Assembly (NCBI GenBank): GCA_030867685.1
Contig: JAQOWU010000008.1
Coordinates: forward strand, 930,001 to 994,000
DNA from: Wickerhamiella versatilis
Taxonomy: Eukaryota
DNA: 64,000 nucleotides
Direction of reading: 5' to 3'
Made by a program: the position numbers and the translations under genes. Below the pieces are notes generated by a model that searched no databases, was not told where the DNA came from, and saw nothing but the letters and a program-made list of their open reading frames with translations. This document shows positions 44,067 through 54,680 of this stretch, one piece after another (position 1 is the stretch's first letter; each line of letters opens with the position of its first letter).

Positions 44067-44401
44067 TTTTATGCATTAAATTTGTGATTATCTAATAATT
44101 TTGTATCTGCTATTATTCCTAGCAGACTAAAGAAAGAAAAAAGACACAAATAATGGAGCAGAGGGTTAGCTTGGAGTAATTGTCATTACGAGATTCTCGC
44201 TGGTCAACTAAAACAAATAGGACTCATTGACAGAAGATATGACTGATAATCAGAGTGCACAGTGACACAATAGTAATCCTTAATATAGATAGATTTCAAT
44301 GACAAACCGCAGTTCTTAGTCTATGGATAGACATGTGTATATATATATATATAATTCAGATGTACAGAAACGATCCTGTCTGTAATATGCTAATTGAAAC
44401 A

Positions 44402-44809
44402 TCACGGATTTGAGGTCCCGCATGTGTGTGCCTCTTCCGATAAGTTCATTGATGACAGTAGCAGTTGCAGTTCATTTTTAGCACTAGCTATAGCTTGTGA
44501 TGAGCAACTAGCAGCACTTTTAGCATATTCAGTCATACAGCGGTAGAGGGACTCTTTCTGGGACTCACAAAAGTCGACACCAATACGTTGTACATCCACT
44601 AACTGATGAAATATACCTTCAATTGTAGGTGATAAAGAAATAAAATCTGATGTATCTGCATCCTGTGAGATAGATTTCGACGAGGTATGTTTATCGTTTT
44701 CTCGTTCCGATTGGCTGAGAATTGAGCTATTTTGAGAGGAACTTAAGTCCTGGGGCTCAATTTCTGTACCGTTCGCATCAATTATTAGCCATTCTTCCTC
44801 TGAGGCCAT
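44402..44809 (-). CDS. Hypothetical acidic/Ser-rich protein
   Basis: 135-aa ORF from ATG 44809 (MASEEEWLII...), divergent from HRP1. Confidence 0.55.
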   Translation of the reverse strand: MASEEEWLIIDANGTEIEPQDLSSSQNSSILSQSERENDKHTSSKSISQDADTSDFISLSPTIEGIFHQLVDVQRIGVDFCESQKESLYRCMTEYAKSAASCSSQAIASAKNELQLLLSSMNLSEEAHTCGTSNP

Positions 44810-44903
44810 ACTAATATCGGGCTGGTTCTGCGGTGGGCACGCTGAATAACCTGTATTTGTACCGCAAGTGCTGTACCGGTCTACACGATTACATAACCAT
44901 AGC

Positions 44904-46224
44904 ATGTCGCACCAGGAGGAAGACGAAGATTTTGCTGATATCTAGTATGTTTTGAGTATAATATTGAATCCAGAAAGAGTACTAACGTAGTGGTGAAGAG
45001 GTAGCTCCGAAGCAAGTGCCTACAAATACCGATATTGGGTCTCACAAACCACAAAGTGGGTCCTTTACTGAAAACCAGGAAAAGGCACCAGCAGTGACGA
45101 GTGAGCCTCCCAAGGCGCAGGAAACATCGCAGATGGTAGCTCCTGGGATGCCGCCTATGCCAGGTCCTATGCCAACAATGCCAGGGACTGCAGCGGGAAA
45201 TACTTTTGACGCGGCACAGTTCTCTGCGCAGCTTCAACAGCTTCAAGAAATGCAGCGTCAAGTTCAACAGCAACAGGACGATCAGAAACGTGAAGGTTAC
45301 AGTGCAGGCAGCATTTTCATCCCAGCGAAGGATGAGGGAAAAATGTTTATTGGTGGGTTAAACTGGGAGACCACTGATGAATCTATGAAAAACTACTTCT
45401 CACAGTTTGGAGAGGTGACTGAAAGCACGGTTATGAGAGACAATATAACAGGCCGTAGTCGTGGATTCGGATTTCTCACTTTTAAGGCTTCACATGTCGT
45501 TAGTGAGGTACTGAGCCGTGAACACTTCCTGGACGGGAAACTCATTGATCCCAAGCGTGCCATCCCGCGAGAGGAGCAGGATAAAACGGCAAAGATATTT
45601 GTTGGAGGCGTGGGCAGTGATGTGACTGAGGAAGACTTCACAAAATTCTTCGAGCAGTATGGTACGGTGATTGATGCTCAGCTCATGATAGACAAGGACA
45701 CCGGCCGCCCCCGCGGGTTTGGATTTGTGACGTTCGACGGCGATGCTGCCGTTGACAAGATTGTGAGTATGCAGTTCCTCAATCTAAAAGGCAAGGATAT
45801 TGAAGTGAAGCGGGCAGAGCCTCGGGGGCGCGAGCAACGCCAACAGACACTAGCAGCACATGGTGCATTCGGTGGAAGTGCTAATGGAATGGATCCTACT
45901 ATGGTACAGCAGTATTATCAGCAATGGCAGGCTTATATGGCCCAAATGCAGGAGGCCATGAGACAAACAGGCCCGAATAATCCGATGATGCACATGTACC
46001 AACAGGCCATGCAGCAGTGGCAGCAGGGCCAACCCAATCCACAGCCACAGTCACCAGCTCCTGCTGGTGAAGAGGAAGGCAGTGCCTCAGAGGACTCTCG
46101 TGACCCGCGGCGGGACCGCAAGCGTGTCGACGAACGTCGTCGGTCGAGATCCCCTCCTCGTCGTCGCCGTGGAGGACGGTGGGACCGTGAGCGTGAGCGT
46201 GACTATCACTATAACCGAGGCTAG
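44904..46224 (+). CDS. HRP1: Cleavage/polyadenylation factor Hrp1 (exons 44904-44944 and 44991-46224)
   Basis: 46-nt intron GTATGT...TACTAAC-G-TAG restores MSHQEEDEDFADIYGEE; two RRMs (KMFIGGLNWETT, KIFVGG..RPRGFGFVTF). Confidence 0.92.
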
Positions 46225-46334
46225 TTCTTATATCGCTAGACGTTTCATGATGGTACCTTATTCTTCACTTGAACTTATTTTAACTGTAGGTATATTAGAT
46301 CCTAGAGAGGGCTAGGTACGTAATCAATCTTCTT

Positions 46335-47237
46335 ATGATTGGCACAGGCTGGTTGATGGTCGCGGTTACGACCGCAGCCACTGTACTGGGCTGTTTACAA
46401 GTATATGTCGATAGAATCAGCCACTTCCTTTTTGGGACTCAATTTACGGTCCTTGAATCCCGCAAATTTCTAGGAGGTAGTCTTTCCTTGAGTGCGGGTA
46501 CCCTGATGGTTACTGCTCTGAATAGTGTTATGCCGAGCGCACAGCGGTATATTGATGATTCGCCACATAAAAAAGAGGTAAACGTATGGATTTTAGTCTC
46601 AGTGTTTACTGGATTTTGTTGCTGTCTGGCTATGAACTATCTTGTGCATCATATCATAACCCGTTCCGCTGTCAGATGTCCGCACATGTTGACCCATAAG
46701 GCCCACCCAACAGAAAATTCACAGTTGCTGGACAGCGAGAATGGTTCCTTGATAAGTGAGAGGAACAGATCAAATCAATTGCAACTCGTAGTGGTCGCGT
46801 TACAAACTGTGCTGGCTATCGCAATACATCGTGTCCCAGAAGGCTTTCTGATTTATGCCACGGCTAATAATGACGAGGAGCTGGGCTCTAACATGATCTT
46901 GGCCTTGACAATACATTCCTTCTGTGAGGGATTTTCAATTGTGGCCCCTCTCTGTTCTGCACTGGGGTCGCGGTTCCATGCCGTACTAATTGCAAGCCTT
47001 CTAGGTGGAGGTTCTCAGCCTTTAGGTGCATTGATTGCAGTATACTTATTACCAAATTCGGGTTTCCAAGCTTCTAGCTTTTTTTTATTTGGCATTTGTA
47101 TGGGGTTCACCTCTGGTTTCATGATAATTATAGCTTTGCAGTTAATTGCGACAGCCGCGGAGTTAGTTGATTCTACGCTCGCCGTATCGTGGTCTGTCAT
47201 TGGCATTTTCCTCGTACTTCTTACTCGATGTATTTAG
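46335..47237 (+). CDS. ZRT3: ZIP-family zinc transporter (Zrt3-like)
   Basis: LSLSAGTLM, AIHRVPEGF, IHSFCEGF, GGGSQPLGA. Confidence 0.78.
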   Translation: MIGTGWLMVAVTTAATVLGCLQVYVDRISHFLFGTQFTVLESRKFLGGSLSLSAGTLMVTALNSVMPSAQRYIDDSPHKKEVNVWILVSVFTGFCCCLAMNYLVHHIITRSAVRCPHMLTHKAHPTENSQLLDSENGSLISERNRSNQLQLVVVALQTVLAIAIHRVPEGFLIYATANNDEELGSNMILALTIHSFCEGFSIVAPLCSALGSRFHAVLIASLLGGGSQPLGALIAVYLLPNSGFQASSFFLFGICMGFTSGFMIIIALQLIATAAELVDSTLAVSWSVIGIFLVLLTRCI

Positions 47238-48007
47238 ATTTCCCTTCCTATATACCAACCGTCCATTTCTACATATATCTATAACATATAACCTTCTGAT
47301 TGTCGTACGATCGGTAGTCAACCAGCCATGCGCGGAGACTTTACATTTCTTCATGATGCCAGACTAGATATCCTCTTAAAGGGATGATCAAATCCCGATT
47401 TTGAACAATCGAAAAGCGTACTGTAGCAAAATAAACAACACGCTAATCTGTACTCTGCATTATTTTATGTATATAAGCATTAGTGACTCGTTGGTAACAC
47501 TAGAAATTGTAATGCAAATGTGAAGATGAAATGGGACCTGATAAACACTGGTAATATCGCGACTGGGATAATAACAGTGTATTCAGTTTGACTTCAACGT
47601 TCTTTATTTGGGAAACCATAAACAGAATTTGATTCTTTTTAACAATAAGCTTAAGCCCAGCTAAGGTGATTATCTGGATCTCCGAGCTCTAAAGTTTCAT
47701 GCCAACAAATACTTTGACGAAGAGGTAAATATCAAACAAGTTACGATAAAGACATTTCTGCATTCAGCACGCAGTAAATCTACTAGAGCCCAGTTTCGTA
47801 GCTCTCCCTTTCTCTCGACATGCCTTAAAATACTGTCAAATCATCCTCCCTCGGAGGTAAAGCTAAGAAATCATCTTCACCGAGCGCGCGCACTATAACT
47901 CATTCCCAGGGCCCGTATCAAAAGATTCTATTTCAGCAAGCAAACAGTAAAAAAATATTAGTGGAAGAATGATGCCTGTTTTTAGAAGATTAAGTTGACA
48001 GTTAAGA

Positions 48008-48790
48008 TCAGTCCTGTGACTGGTTGGAGAGAGCACCTTCCTCTTGGTCATGGTCAACTTTTAACCTTTTAGCATTAGAAGAAGCCTCTGCCTCTGGTGC
48101 TTCCTCGTTTTTGTCTTCGCCATCGTTAGCAGCCGTGTCCCCATTATCTTCTTCATCTTCCTCATCGTCCTCATCTTCGTCATTCTCCTCTCCTTCGACT
48201 TCCACCTCAGAAGCCTCCTCCTCGTCCACAATGTCATCATTATTGTCCTCTTCCTCATCACCATATTCTCCAATGTCCTCAAAATCGGCTTCAGGCTGCT
48301 CTGGTGGGAATTCGTCAGTGTTCTCTGTGTCCCATGGAATATCATAACGCGTGACACGAGGCTTTTCAGCGAGTATATTTCGTACTATGTGGTTTGTATC
48401 AACCCTGGTAGGAGGATTTTCCCGTAATTCCGGCGTGTCATAATCATTATTCACGTAGTAACCAACCTGCACAAACTCACGCTCGCGATAGGAACATGAC
48501 AGAATCATCACTGTGATAGAAACAAGATTATCCTTAGGTATGAGATCGGGATTGGGAGGCGCGGCTTCAAAAAGAAACTTACTTACACCTAAAGGTACCG
48601 GCCCGACAAGTAGCGAGTCAAGCTCTTGGTCATGCTCACTGGAGTGTGAAGAACCAACGTACACAAGCTTCCATTCCAAGTCTTCCTGCAAGGGCTCGAG
48701 ACACTCAAATGTGATTTCAAACTGATAAGGCTCTGTAAATCGAGCTGGATTGTTTAATACGGTGACATTCAGAAGAGACACCGTCGACAT
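48008..48790 (-). CDS. ASF1: Histone H3-H4 chaperone Asf1
   Basis: [35 protein letters not shown]; long acidic tail. Confidence 0.96.
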   Translation of the reverse strand: MSTVSLLNVTVLNNPARFTEPYQFEITFECLEPLQEDLEWKLVYVGSSHSSEHDQELDSLLVGPVPLGVSKFLFEAAPPNPDLIPKDNLVSITVMILSCSYREREFVQVGYYVNNDYDTPELRENPPTRVDTNHIVRNILAEKPRVTRYDIPWDTENTDEFPPEQPEADFEDIGEYGDEEEDNNDDIVDEEEASEVEVEGEENDEDEDDEEDEEDNGDTAANDGEDKNEEAPEAEASSNAKRLKVDHDQEEGALSNQSQD

Positions 48791-48820
48791 TAATGGCGTT
48801 TGTTTGTCAGCAAATTTCCG

Positions 48821-48826
48821 ACGCGT
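48821..48826. promoter_or_regulatory. MCB element ACGCGT upstream of ASF1
   Basis: Perfect ACGCGT about 30 nt upstream of the ASF1 ATG. Confidence 0.5.
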
Positions 48827-49393
48827 CAGAACCCGTAGTATGCTGCTCACATTCTATACTGATTACAATAAAGGTTCTGTGAACAAAGAATAAGTTTATC
48901 AGCCTGTTCCCCTGGTGGGTTTCAACTCCCGTGAGCTATAGGCACGTTACGGACTAATTTCATCCAGAGTGCCTCTAGAATATCGTTATAAGCAGTATCG
49001 TATGCTATCGGGGGTACTTTTTCACTTTTTCAATACCACTCCTACCTTGCAGAAAGGGTTGACCTGGAAAGTTTCTAATGGCCCTTGAAATATTGGGTAA
49101 GGTCACTCGAGTTAAACTTATAGCCCCTACCCATACATTGTTTACACCCATCTGGGTAAGATTACGTCTTTTCTCTTATCTGTTTAATTTAGGTGCGGAC
49201 CAAAGGCATTCCTTTTTGTATAGCCCCCATACTGTCTTTGGACATACGTACCGTAACAAATCTGCACTGACGGATATCCAGCAAACCATTTGTTCGAAGC
49301 GGCCAAGCACTAGCCTCATATTGAGCACTAGCCTCGAATCGAACCCTGGTGAGTCTTTGCGAAGACTTCACAGTCCTAACTAAGACATACTTT

Positions 49394-50848
49394 ATGCGAA
49401 TGTCGCTTTCGGTAGCATCCCCTACACCTATTACATTGCAAGATTCTGCTTACCGTGGTCCCAACTCGGGAAAACTGGACTCACAGCGCAGGGTGATAAT
49501 AGCGCCTCGTCCAGATAAGAATTCCACAATGCAAAAGCCTGTGCATGGGCCAAGTGAGCCGGGCTCCCCTCCCTCTCGCTCATCTCGACAACAGCAAAGT
49601 TTGCCGCAAGACTCACAGCAAGACTCTACGTCTCGAGATCCTTTACGAGAAGGTACTATAGGTATGGCAGCTTTGCTTCCAGGTATTCATCACTGGCAAC
49701 ACTCTGAGGAAAGTCTTACTGAAGCGTTGCGATTAAGATCCGAGGCGGTCAAGCTGCGAGCTGAGCAGGAGAGAACTCGACAGGAGAGCCTTAGACTTGA
49801 AGGCCGTCGTCAGATAATGGAAATTATGGAAACTGCCTTGCGCGCGGGCGTGCCAGGACCCAGCATTCCATTACTTTTCGGTGAACAAAATATACCGACA
49901 TCATCGGGACCAGCAGGACCTGCTGTTACACAGGGAATGATGTCACCCACCCCATTGATGCCAGCACGACCTGCTCCTCCAGTGATTCAGACGTCTCCTC
50001 CAGCACTTGCATCCGAGCCTGGTAATGAGCCGCGTCCCCCAATCTCGATGCCTCGATATAGGGGCCACCATCGCGGCCAGAGCACGCCAAGTTTCCCCAT
50101 TGCATTTTCCACGACTGCTGGTTCAGCTCAACGTCGACCTGTGACTCAGGGAGTATTTCCTCCGCCCCATAGACAATCACCCACCCCAGGATCTCAGGGA
50201 GGTCCATCTCAAGACCTCCAGATTCATCAGTGGAGACCATCACCCCAACAGTCGGTCCGTTCTCAAACACGGGAAAGATCGAATAGCTCTCCAAAGCGAG
50301 ATTTTGGCAATCCTCCAGGTGCTGAGCGGCCATCGAAACTTCCAGCTATCAATCAACACCCGGGACCACCACCAGCTACGTCACCTCAGAATTCACCTGC
50401 CCAAGTTGTTGCAAACCAAAACCAAGCGCGCCGGAGAATGGGACATGCTCGTCATCGTAGCGACATCACGGATTTACGTGGCTTTCATGTGCCTGATGAT
50501 GGCGTGAAGATCTTGGCAAATGCGGCTTCTGAAAGATCAAAGCAGGATGGTAGTACACCGGATGATCGTCCAAAGCGCTTTAGCCTACCGCCAAATTTAC
50601 AATCTGCACCTATAGTACAGCCAATGCAAGCAGTTCAGCAAAATCAGAGCAACTCACTTCCAGATTCACACCTTCTGCTGCAAACGCGCGGTGAGTCGCA
50701 TATGGGATCCCCACCTCAAGCACCACCTCAGCATCAGTACCAACCTCAACCTCAATCTCAATCTCAACCTCCGTTGGCTCCATATCAAGGATCGCCGCTA
50801 TCGGAGAGACAAGATAAATTAACAAGTCATCATAATGGAAGTCAATGA
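49394..50848 (+). CDS. Pro/Gln-rich protein with a Bop3-like coiled-coil motif
   Basis: EQERTRQESLRLE...ALRAGVPGPSIPLLF resembles the conserved Bop3-type motif; otherwise low complexity. Confidence 0.65.
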   Translation: MRMSLSVASPTPITLQDSAYRGPNSGKLDSQRRVIIAPRPDKNSTMQKPVHGPSEPGSPPSRSSRQQQSLPQDSQQDSTSRDPLREGTIGMAALLPGIHHWQHSEESLTEALRLRSEAVKLRAEQERTRQESLRLEGRRQIMEIMETALRAGVPGPSIPLLFGEQNIPTSSGPAGPAVTQGMMSPTPLMPARPAPPVIQTSPPALASEPGNEPRPPISMPRYRGHHRGQSTPSFPIAFSTTAGSAQRRPVTQGVFPPPHRQSPTPGSQGGPSQDLQIHQWRPSPQQSVRSQTRERSNSSPKRDFGNPPGAERPSKLPAINQHPGPPPATSPQNSPAQVVANQNQARRRMGHARHRSDITDLRGFHVPDDGVKILANAASERSKQDGSTPDDRPKRFSLPPNLQSAPIVQPMQAVQQNQSNSLPDSHLLLQTRGESHMGSPPQAPPQHQYQPQPQSQSQPPLAPYQGSPLSERQDKLTSHHNGSQ

Positions 50849-51222
50849 GCATTTCCTCTTAGCATAAATTTATGTATCTTCTACCCCTATATTTTGTTGA
50901 AACGATTTAAAAATAGATATTACAAGAGACAAAACAAGTATATGTCCATCATATAATTGTGACTGGAGTTCGTTTTTAGTTGACTGCATATCGTCTGGAC
51001 ATGAGATCTTTCAATATGAGAAAGATATAAAAAATTAATAGAGGAAATTTCAAATCTATACTTAAAAACTTGGTTAACGAAATGGTTGTACTAGTCTTTA
51101 ATCATTAGCAGCGCATATTGCGACACATTACCTTTTTTCTCCTCCTCGTATAAATTAAAATTAGAGGTCAAAAGTGCACTGTAAAAAAACAAAAAAAATA
51201 TTGATTTTTTTTAGCGTCACTT

Positions 51223-52473
51223 CTACTCACTCTCGTCATCCGAATCAGGCGTATCGTTTGATTGTGCGAATTGTGCGGGATCAGCTTTGTCGAGTGAAAT
51301 TAGATCAATTTCAGAGAAATTTGACTTATCAAGCGACGTTAAGGCCTTTATAAGCTCGGACCTGACAGTAGAGAGTACCCGGTCGGATGCGTACTGTATC
51401 CACACTGCATAATCTTCAAGAAGAATTTGTCGATAGCAAAAATGTAATTCCGATTCAAATGCAACAAGAAGCCGCAAAAGCCGTTTAAGTACATGCTTTC
51501 GGCTTTGAAGAGCTTGTATAACATCCTGCCAGACTCTCATGGTTAAATCCCAGTTGCGGTATAATGGGTAGGTCAGGCTCAGTAGGGTACAGTCCTCCAC
51601 AACGTCGGTCACTCGATAATAATCATTGAAAAGAAATGACATGTTAGATGCTAGTCTTCCCACATTCCAGGAACTTTCTACTGTAATATCGCCAGTATTC
51701 GATCTTTCATCATAAGCACATCCAAAGAGTAACGGAACTAATCCCAAATAGACGGGTTTCGGATTATCAATAATATGGCGTCGCTTTGGTAGCTTAATGA
51801 CCAGGTCTGATTCTTCTGGTGAAAGCTCAACTTTTGTATCAGGCTCGTACCGTAATAACTCGTGGATCATGTCTGGCTCCCAGAGATCAGCAAGATAATG
51901 CTCTTGGTCAAAATCTTCGATGGCTTTTTTGTGCAAAATGTCCCGTCTTTCCGTGTTTGCGGTGTGCTCAGGATCTGGTAGCAAATTTATCTCATTCGCG
52001 GAGTGTAGGGACACACCAATAAATTCAGAATATTGGTTATTGAATCCATAATGATATTTTTTTATCGGATCAGTTTCAGGGAGGTGTTGGTCAATTTCCC
52101 AGTCATCCTCATCGTCCTCATCCTCCTCGGGCTGAGCTTCAGACATGTCTTCTTCTACTAAAGCCTTTTTAGGAGGCTCGCGCCGCGACAGCAATTTAGA
52201 TAACATGTCAAGGTCCTCAAAGTATTCACCTGGGTTTTCTTTCGCAATTGAGCAATGCACAGTACTTCTGGCTATGTCGTAATTGCTGGTCATCCGTTCA
52301 TCCTCTACCAAATTATGTGGGAACCTTAGCCGAAGAAAGTAGGGTGGTAGACTAAACACAAAAGTATCCCCTGCTACTTCAAAAGTAATATTTGAAGCTT
52401 TTATATAAGGTGCGCGGATGCTAATTTTGACGAAATCATCATCTTGGCTCACCTCGAATCGGGGAGTGATCAT
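51223..52473 (-). CDS. SHQ1: H/ACA snoRNP assembly factor Shq1
   Basis: MITPRFEVSQD CS domain (PYFLRLRFP, FEDLDMLSKLL), YGFNNQY, TVESSW, YPLYRNW. Confidence 0.93.
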   Translation of the reverse strand: MITPRFEVSQDDDFVKISIRAPYIKASNITFEVAGDTFVFSLPPYFLRLRFPHNLVEDERMTSNYDIARSTVHCSIAKENPGEYFEDLDMLSKLLSRREPPKKALVEEDMSEAQPEEDEDDEDDWEIDQHLPETDPIKKYHYGFNNQYSEFIGVSLHSANEINLLPDPEHTANTERRDILHKKAIEDFDQEHYLADLWEPDMIHELLRYEPDTKVELSPEESDLVIKLPKRRHIIDNPKPVYLGLVPLLFGCAYDERSNTGDITVESSWNVGRLASNMSFLFNDYYRVTDVVEDCTLLSLTYPLYRNWDLTMRVWQDVIQALQSRKHVLKRLLRLLVAFESELHFCYRQILLEDYAVWIQYASDRVLSTVRSELIKALTSLDKSNFSEIDLISLDKADPAQFAQSNDTPDSDDESE

Positions 52474-52495
52474 TACTCATAATTTTTTTTGGGCC

Positions 52496-53707
52496 ATGGT
52501 CGACAACCAACCTCGCCGAAGGTTTGTTGGTCGCCCTAAACAAGAAGGAGATAATAATACGCTTGTAAAGAGGAATGTCCGTCGAGCACTTAATCAAATT
52601 CCTCAAGACATCTTGGAGGATAAAGAGCTCAATGAGGCGATGAAACTTTTGCCATCGAATTATAACTTTGAAATTCCAAAGACTGTCTGGAATATAAGGA
52701 AGCAAAATGCAAAGAGAGTCGCTCTTCAGATGCCTGAAGGGTTACTGGTATACTCCTGCATTGTCGCTGATATATTGGAACAGTTTTGTGGCTGTGAAAC
52801 CGTTGTAATGGGTGATGTGACTTATGGTGCATGCTGTGTGGATGATTTCACCGCTAGGGCTCTTGGATGCGATATGCTTATCCATTATGCTCATTCATGC
52901 CTCGTGCCTATTGACGTTACCAAAATCAAAGTTCTGTACGTGTTTGTCACGATCGATATCGATACTGGGCATTTATTGCGTACCATTTCACATCATTTGC
53001 ATGGCAAGCGGCTGGCACTGGTGAGTACCATTCAGTTTAACTACACTCTGCATAAAGTTCTGGAACCCTTGCATCAGGCTGGTATTGATGCCTGGGCTCC
53101 TCAGGCCTCGCCTCTTTCTAAAGGTGAAGTGCTGGGATGCACCTCAGCAAAGTTGAATAAGGAAACTGATGCAATTGTGTACATCGGTGATGGCCGTTTC
53201 CACTTGGAGAGCGCTATGATATGCAATCCTGACGTCCCGGCATATAAATATGATCCTTACAATAAAGAGTTCACAATTGAAATGTATGACCATGCAGAAA
53301 TGCGCAATGTACGAGAATCGGCCATTAATGGAGTACGGAGGGCTAATAAGGTGGGCCTTATTCTTGGATCACTAGGGCGACAGGGGAACCCTAAAACACT
53401 AGAAATGCTTGACGCAGCTTTACGGGAATCCGGAAGAGATACGATTCATGTTGCTCTCTCAGAGATTTTCCCACAAAAGCTCGCTCAATTCACTGATGTA
53501 GACTGTTGGGTACAAATTGCCTGTCCACGGCTCAGTATTGACTGGGGTTATGCCTTCCCGAAACCACTTCTCACACCGTATGAAGCCATGGTTGCGTTAG
53601 GAAGAGACTCCTGGTTAGTTGATGGTTCATATCCTATGGACTATTATACTACGAATGGATATGGTAGAGGTAGACACCCCCGCTCCCAGGAGCTCACCTC
53701 GGCGTGA
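52496..53707 (+). CDS. DPH1: Diphthamide biosynthesis protein Dph1
   Basis: NYNFEIPKT, ALQMPEG, GDVTYGACCVDD, GEVLGCT, QIACPRLSIDWG. Confidence 0.96.
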   Translation: MVDNQPRRRFVGRPKQEGDNNTLVKRNVRRALNQIPQDILEDKELNEAMKLLPSNYNFEIPKTVWNIRKQNAKRVALQMPEGLLVYSCIVADILEQFCGCETVVMGDVTYGACCVDDFTARALGCDMLIHYAHSCLVPIDVTKIKVLYVFVTIDIDTGHLLRTISHHLHGKRLALVSTIQFNYTLHKVLEPLHQAGIDAWAPQASPLSKGEVLGCTSAKLNKETDAIVYIGDGRFHLESAMICNPDVPAYKYDPYNKEFTIEMYDHAEMRNVRESAINGVRRANKVGLILGSLGRQGNPKTLEMLDAALRESGRDTIHVALSEIFPQKLAQFTDVDCWVQIACPRLSIDWGYAFPKPLLTPYEAMVALGRDSWLVDGSYPMDYYTTNGYGRGRHPRSQELTSA

Positions 53708-53857
53708 GAAAATGCATATGGGCCACTGTCAAAATAAAATTTTATATAGAAATAGAGTTAATTGAATGCCAATGAAGGATAGAAAAAATAAAAAAATAAC
53801 AGACTGATAATACCTTAAACAAGTATGTATCTACCCCCGTTATATTGATATCACCAA

Positions 53858-54568
53858 TTAGCACCACTTTTTCAATGGCTCTTTCAACTTATATTTCCCT
53901 TGATCGTTAAGTTCCATAATCACAGGCCGAGCATTCGGCAGATTTTCGAGCCTCTCAAACTCTTCGTACGGCCATTGGAACCATCGCATCAAAAAAACTC
54001 TTCCCCATATACCATGCGAGACCAATATTACTATATCAGGATCCGCACGCTCAAATGTCCGAAATAGAGTATCGCAAAAGCTGCTGCAGCGGTCGTATAC
54101 GTCCGCAGGGCTTTCGCCACAAGGGATCCGGTAGAAAAACATTCCGTACTCGTCCCTATCATTTAGAATACTTCGCATTGATTCGGACTCTTGAAAGTTA
54201 CCGAAGTCTTGCTCTCTCATTCGAGGATCTTCTTTCACTGTTACCTCGCATTCCGGGTCTTTCTCGTCCAGAACCCCTCGTATCTGTTTCGCAGTTGAAC
54301 GTGCCCGTGTATAAGGAGACTGGAATATCATAACACGTTCACCATTTCGAGTCAAATCAGCAATGATATGTCCGGCATTTCTCGCTTGATCTTTTCCGGT
54401 TGCCGTCAACTCCACTTTGTGGTTAGGCTTGCGTACATTGATACTCCAATCGCAGTTTGCTTCGCTTTGGCCATGCCTCACCACAAACATTAACTTCTGT
54501 TAGTAGAGCCCTTCCTACTTTCGGCTTGTAGGTGCTTCATTCGAAATACTTACTCTTGGCTTTCCCAT
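53858..54568 (-). CDS. DET1: Histidine phosphatase / phosphoglycerate mutase family, Det1-like (exon 1 is 54568-54554)
   Basis: Intron GTAAGT...TACTAACAG(AAG) gives MGKPR(K)LMFVVRHGQSEAN; SPYTRAR, REQDFGNFQ, VSHG. Confidence 0.85.
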
Positions 54569-54680
54569 GCCGTATATTAGTTAGTAATTATCTGGCTAAC
54601 GTCAAGTATCGCATAATATATAACATTAAATACTCAAGATTTGCCCCATGAAAAAAAAGGACTAAGGCGTAAAGAAACTA

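Noticed and set aside
47240-48000. ~760-nt gap between convergent ZRT3 and ASF1
   Set aside because: Only short hairpins; no convincing ORF, snoRNA boxes or repeats found by eye, though a small gene cannot be excluded.
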